Origin: Candidatus Tanganyikabacteria bacterium
Lineage (GTDB): Bacteria > Cyanobacteriota > Sericytochromatia > S15B-MN24 > VGJW01
Length of the DNA stretch: 64,000 nt
Assembly (NCBI GenBank): GCA_016867265.1
Contig: VGJW01000017.1
Coordinates: 17-64,016 of the forward strand
Direction of reading: 5' to 3'
In this document: piece after piece, positions 60,534-64,000 of the stretch
Numbering within the stretch: the stretch's first letter is position 1
How the letters are laid out: each line of letters opens with the position of its first letter
Notes under the pieces: generated by a model
Seen by the model: the letters and a program-made list of their open reading frames with translations, nothing else
Told to the model about the DNA's origin: nothing
Databases searched by the model: none
Position numbers and translations under genes: made by a program

Positions 60534-62737
60534 CCGAACGGACGGTCCGCCTCGGCATCGGCGGCATGACCTGCGCCTCGTGCGTGGCCGCGGTGACGCG
60601 GACCCTCGAGGGCACGGATGGCGTCCTCGATGCGCGGGTGGATCTCGTCAGCCATCAGGCCACCGTTCGTTACGATACCGACCGAACCTCACCCGAGGCC
60701 ATGGCGGGCGTGGTCCGTGATGCCGGCTTCGATGGCTTTGCCCCTCCTCCCGGCAAGGACGCTCCGGCTCCGACGCAGGCCGACGGACACGACAACCCAT
60801 TGGGCCGCCTGTGGCTGTCGGGCCTGTTGGCGCTCGCCCTGCTGCTGGGCGGGATGCCGGAGATGTTCGCATTCTGGCCGGCCTCCCTCACGGACGGGCG
60901 CCTGCTTGCCTCGCTGGGCCTCGTGGCCATCCTCGGTCCGGGTTGGCCCATCATGGCCAAAGCCTGGGCCGGACTGCGCCACGGGCGGACGTCGATGGAA
61001 ACGCTCGTGGCCCTAGGCACCGTAGCGACGTGGGCCTACAGCACGGCCACCGTGATCGCCCCGCAGGCCTTCCATGCGGCCGGCGTGCATCCGCACGGCT
61101 TCTTCGACGCTGTCGGTCTGATTCTGTTCTTCGTGCTGCTCGGACGAGCGCTGGAAGGACGCGTTCGCCGGGATGCCACGGGTGCCGCTCGCGCCATCAT
61201 GGCCATCCGGCCCGAGACGGCCCAACTCGTCACGCCCTCGGGCGACGAGCAGCGCGTCGCTGCGGCCTCACTTCAAGCGGGCCAGACCATCCGCATCCGT
61301 CCCGGCGACCTGGTCCCGGCCGACGGTGTGCTGCGGGAGGGTGAGGGCTGGTTTGACGAGGCCTTCCTCACCGGGGAGGCCCAGCCCATGCGTCGCGCGA
61401 CAGGCGAAAGGGTCCACGCCGGCTCGATGAATCACCACGGGGCCAGCCTCGTCGAAGTGGTCAAAGCCGGCGACCAGACCCTGCTGGCCCGCATGGCCCG
61501 GACGCTGGAAGAAGTCATGGCGGGCAGGACCGATACCCAGCGTCTGGCGGATCGGGTCGTGGCACGATTCGTGCCGGCCGTGCTCCTGCTGGCCGCGCTG
61601 ACGGGCGTCGCCTGGCTGCTCCTGCCCGGCGGCGGCATGGCCACCGCCCTTGTCTCCGCCGTGGCGGTCCTGACCGTCGCCTGCCCTTGTGCACTCGGGC
61701 TCGCCGTTCCGCTTGCCGTGGCCGCCGCCAGCGGTCGGGCGGCCCGCGCGGGCCTGCTGGTCCGGGATGCCGCAGCCCTCGAGCGGGTCCGGGACCTCGA
61801 CATGGTGGTTTTCGACAAGACGGGGACGCTGACGGAAGGGACGCCTGAGGTCATCGGCCTGCACCCTGCACCTGGATTTTCGGACCATCCGTGGCTGGCG
61901 CTTGCCGCGGCTGCGGAGGAAGGCAGCGAGCACCCTCTGGCGCGCGCCGTGGTCGCCGCCTGCACCAAGCGTCCCCTGCCCGGTCCCGTGACGGACTTCC
62001 GAGGCTACCCTGGGGACGGCGTCGAGGCCGTGGTGGCGGGCCACAGGGTCATGGTGGGGCAACCGTCCTTCCTGGCCGCACGCGGGGTGGAGGGCGCGTC
62101 GACCGCGACCGGTCACGGCGAGGGCAGCCTGATCGGCGTGGCTGTCGAGGGCGTGTTCGCGGGCGTGCTGGTCGTCGCCGATCGGCCGCGGCAGCAGGCA
62201 TCCGACGCCGTGCAGGCCTTGGCCGGCCTCGGCCTCGAAGTGGCGATGGTGACGGGTGATCGCCCGGAGGCCGCGCAGGCCGTTGCGTCGCGGCTGGACA
62301 TCGCCACGGTGCGGGCGGGCATCCGGCCTGAAGGCAAGGTGGCGATCCTCGAGGCTTGGCAACGCGAGGGCCGCGTGGTCGCGATGGTCGGGGACGGGCT
62401 CAACGATGCCGCAGCCCTTGCGCAAGCCGATGTGGGCATCGCCATGGGGCAGGGCAGCGCCGGCAGCCGCGCAGTGGCCCCGGTCACCTTGCTGGAACCG
62501 GACCTGATGCGGCTTGCGGCCCTCGTCCGTCTCGGGCGCAGGACCCGAAGCGTGATGGTGCAGAACCTGGGCTGGACCTTGGGCTACAACGTCGTCATGC
62601 TGCCGCTGGCCGCCGGCATGCTGCGTCCGTGGGGCTGGTGGCTGGATCCGATGTGGGCCGCGGCCGCGATGGCGACCAGCTCACTTACGGTAGTGCTCAA
62701 TGCTGCACGACTCACCCGGATGAACCTTAAGGCTTAA
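60530..62737 (+). CDS. copA: Copper-translocating P1B-type ATPase
   Basis: 735 aa. ATGA overlap with copZ. N-terminal GMTCASC, TGEA, ACPCALGLA (CPC), DKTGTLT, GDGLNDAAAL. Confidence 0.95.
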   Translation: MTERTVRLGIGGMTCASCVAAVTRTLEGTDGVLDARVDLVSHQATVRYDTDRTSPEAMAGVVRDAGFDGFAPPPGKDAPAPTQADGHDNPLGRLWLSGLLALALLLGGMPEMFAFWPASLTDGRLLASLGLVAILGPGWPIMAKAWAGLRHGRTSMETLVALGTVATWAYSTATVIAPQAFHAAGVHPHGFFDAVGLILFFVLLGRALEGRVRRDATGAARAIMAIRPETAQLVTPSGDEQRVAAASLQAGQTIRIRPGDLVPADGVLREGEGWFDEAFLTGEAQPMRRATGERVHAGSMNHHGASLVEVVKAGDQTLLARMARTLEEVMAGRTDTQRLADRVVARFVPAVLLLAALTGVAWLLLPGGGMATALVSAVAVLTVACPCALGLAVPLAVAAASGRAARAGLLVRDAAALERVRDLDMVVFDKTGTLTEGTPEVIGLHPAPGFSDHPWLALAAAAEEGSEHPLARAVVAACTKRPLPGPVTDFRGYPGDGVEAVVAGHRVMVGQPSFLAARGVEGASTATGHGEGSLIGVAVEGVFAGVLVVADRPRQQASDAVQALAGLGLEVAMVTGDRPEAAQAVASRLDIATVRAGIRPEGKVAILEAWQREGRVVAMVGDGLNDAAALAQADVGIAMGQGSAGSRAVAPVTLLEPDLMRLAALVRLGRRTRSVMVQNLGWTLGYNVVMLPLAAGMLRPWGWWLDPMWAAAAMATSSLTVVLNAARLTRMNLKA

Positions 62738-62837
62738 GCATCCCTCTGTCATGTTTTAACCCTAACTGAACCGAGCAGACCGGAGAATCGACGATAGAAC
62801 CTTCAGGCACACCTCGCGGGTGCAGGAGGAGCAGTCG

Positions 62838-63599
62838 ATGGGTCGCATCGCAGGGGATGGTTCGGACATCCTGATGGTCAACGGCCGGCAGATTGCCTAC
62901 CAGGGCATCGGCCGCATCCGCCGCGACATCAACGTGTCGCAGGCTGTCGCCGCGACCGCCACCGACGGCTACAAGAAATATTTTCTCGAGTCCCTGGACC
63001 GCAAGGAGCGGATCGTGGTCTATGGCGACCGCCTCGACTTCAGCTTCGAGAAGCGGGACCGCGTCCCTCAGGTCATCGTCAACGGCGAGACCTACCTGAT
63101 GGCGGCCTTCGACAACCAGCCGACCAGCCTGACCGAGGGCTTCATGGCCGGCGCCAAGGCCGGCCTGTCGGGTGCGGCCGGGGCGACCGTGGACGCATCC
63201 AAGACCATCATTGGCCAGGTAGGCGTGGGCACGGCCGTGACGCTGACGGCAGGCACGGGCTATGCCCTCTACAAGGGGGTCTCGACGGCCGCCGTGGGTC
63301 AGTCCGTGACCCGGATGGGGGGCCCCGCACTCAAGATCATCGGCACCGTGGTCGCGATCGGCGCCGTCGTCGCCGGCGTGGCTGGCGGCATCAAGGGTGC
63401 CTCGGATGCGGCCAACCGCCGCCATGACCTGAAGCAGATTGCCTCGATCCTCGAGTCTGCACAGGGCAGCGCCGCACCGGATGTCCCGCAGCAAGGTCCG
63501 GGCACGCCCATCAACGATCCGCGCCGGGAGGATCCCCCGGTCTGGGGCGGTCCCGTCTTCCCCCAGATGCGCGTGCCCCAGCCTGCCGGGGCCAGGTAG
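62838..63599 (+). CDS. Hypothetical protein with a Gly/Ala-rich (glycine-zipper-like) membrane segment
   Basis: 253 aa from ATG 8 nt after AGGAGGAG. The central G/A/T/V-rich stretch includes GPALKIIGTVVAIGAVVAGVAGGIKGA. Pro-rich tail. No recognised domain. Confidence 0.55.
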   Translation: MGRIAGDGSDILMVNGRQIAYQGIGRIRRDINVSQAVAATATDGYKKYFLESLDRKERIVVYGDRLDFSFEKRDRVPQVIVNGETYLMAAFDNQPTSLTEGFMAGAKAGLSGAAGATVDASKTIIGQVGVGTAVTLTAGTGYALYKGVSTAAVGQSVTRMGGPALKIIGTVVAIGAVVAGVAGGIKGASDAANRRHDLKQIASILESAQGSAAPDVPQQGPGTPINDPRREDPPVWGGPVFPQMRVPQPAGAR

Positions 63600-63614
63600 C
63601 TCCTCCCCCCTTCG

Positions 63615-63643
63615 CCCCCCGGACGTCTCCTCCGTCCGGGGGG
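63615..63643 (+). terminator. Hairpin CCCCCCGGACG-N7-CGTCCGGGGGG after the hypothetical gene
   Basis: 11-bp perfect stem, 16 nt after the stop at 63599, followed by TGTTG. Confidence 0.6.
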
Positions 63644-63691
63644 TGTTGCCATGGGAAACGCTTGGTTAGCCCCTCGGGAACCCAAGCGGTT

Positions 63692-63723
63692 CGCCCCCCG
63701 GAACCGAGAGGCTCCGGGGGGCG
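63692..63723 (-). terminator. Hairpin CGCCCCCCGGA-N10-TCCGGGGGGCG after the minus-strand gene
   Basis: 11-bp perfect stem, 11 nt from the stop at 63735. Confidence 0.55.
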
Positions 63724-63734
63724 AGAGGACGCTG

Positions 63735-64000
63735 CTACTGATTCGCAGGCAGGACGACCGGGGCATCGGCCTTGATGGCCGACCCATCGGGCCGGATGAA
63801 CAGGTTGACGGCAGCCACCTTGGTCGCACCCGCGCCATCCGAGATCAGGCACTGCACGGTTGCGACACCGGCCTCGACCGTGCCGTCCGTCCGCAGCGGC
63901 ATCCAGGTCACCGTCTGGCCGCGGGTCCCGGACAGCGTGCCCTTGGTCGCGGTCCAGGCGTATTCCATCGGCAGCCTGTTGGCGTTGTGGGCGACGACCG
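63735..64000 (-). CDS. C-terminal end of a larger protein (Ig-like/beta-sandwich repeat); 5' part lies outside the window
   Basis: The frame stays open upstream of the track ATG (..VVAHNANRLPMEYAWTATKGTLSGTRGQTVTWMP...). The YxWxxxxGxLSG...W pattern is typical of Big/PKD-like repeats. Confidence 0.5.
   Translation of the reverse strand, partial: VVAHNANRLPMEYAWTATKGTLSGTRGQTVTWMPLRTDGTVEAGVATVQCLISDGAGATKVAAVNLFIRPDGSAIKADAPVVLPANQ

Noticed and set aside
1-64000. Checked for CRISPR arrays, tRNA/rRNA/tmRNA genes, IS elements, integrases, phage genes, toxin-antitoxin pairs, reverse transcriptases and classic defence-system genes
   Set aside because: No intergenic region exceeds ~170 nt and no spaced repeat array is visible. 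No T-loop-like GGTTCGAATCC motif was seen. No ORF resembles a transposase, recombinase, RT or large ATPase/helicase. This was an eye scan only, so small ncRNAs could have been missed.

Overview
High-G+C bacterial chromosomal segment, roughly two-thirds G+C by eye. It is densely packed: about 58 protein-coding genes, with every intergenic gap under ~170 nt. Reading both strands by eye, I found no rRNA or tRNA genes, CRISPR arrays, transposases, integrases or prophage genes. That rules out any large non-coding locus. All calls come from reading the supplied translations, plus my own hand translations where the ORF track has nothing, and from recalling family motifs. No database search was run. 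Many track ORFs are GC-driven shadow frames. Many real genes start well inside their track ORF, usually at a 4-nt ATGA/GTGA/TTGA overlap with the upstream stop. Content from left to right: (1) mnmG (partial), divergent from ispF. (2) An hsp20 gene flanked by two tiny paralogous secreted-peptide ORFs. (3) An eight-gene, translationally coupled acyl-CoA operon on the minus strand (EthD, crotonase fused to a zinc ribbon, unknown, two crotonases, a lone PaaA/PaaC-family di-iron protein, 3-hydroxyacyl-CoA dehydrogenase, PaaJ/PcaF-type thiolase). (4) pssA-psd and pepP. (5) An orphan E1-alpha next to tryptophan 2,3-dioxygenase, divergent from a homogentisate-dioxygenase-like gene. (6) mltG-dnaX. (7) An M14 peptidase and an O-antigen-ligase-like gene. 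(8) An envelope operon (two secreted unknowns, a protein with two predicted MshEN c-di-GMP-binding modules, an LpxB-like gene, an MsbA-like ABC exporter). (9) MazG, HD, S2P protease and a CBS-containing CCA/poly(A) polymerase. (10) ssb, a four-carbon-acid sugar kinase, a GT4, an NDP-sugar pyrophosphorylase/PMM fusion and a PGM. (11) A membrane RING-finger/L7-L12-like protein. (12) Mrp/ApbC plus a MarR with a C-terminal Cys4 motif. (13) Two lipoproteins, an FAD oxidoreductase, a secreted Cys-rich rhodanese, lysC and a 2Fe-2S ferredoxin. (14) A nine-gene coupled amino-sugar polysaccharide cluster. (15) A Cas4-like nuclease, copZ-copA, a glycine-zipper-like unknown and a partial Ig-like gene. There is no obvious defence island or mobile element. 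The best candidates for something undescribed are the double-MshEN protein operon, the atypical PaaA-like acyl-CoA operon, the hsp20-flanking peptide pair, the Mrp-MarR(Cys4) pair and the RING/L12 membrane protein.
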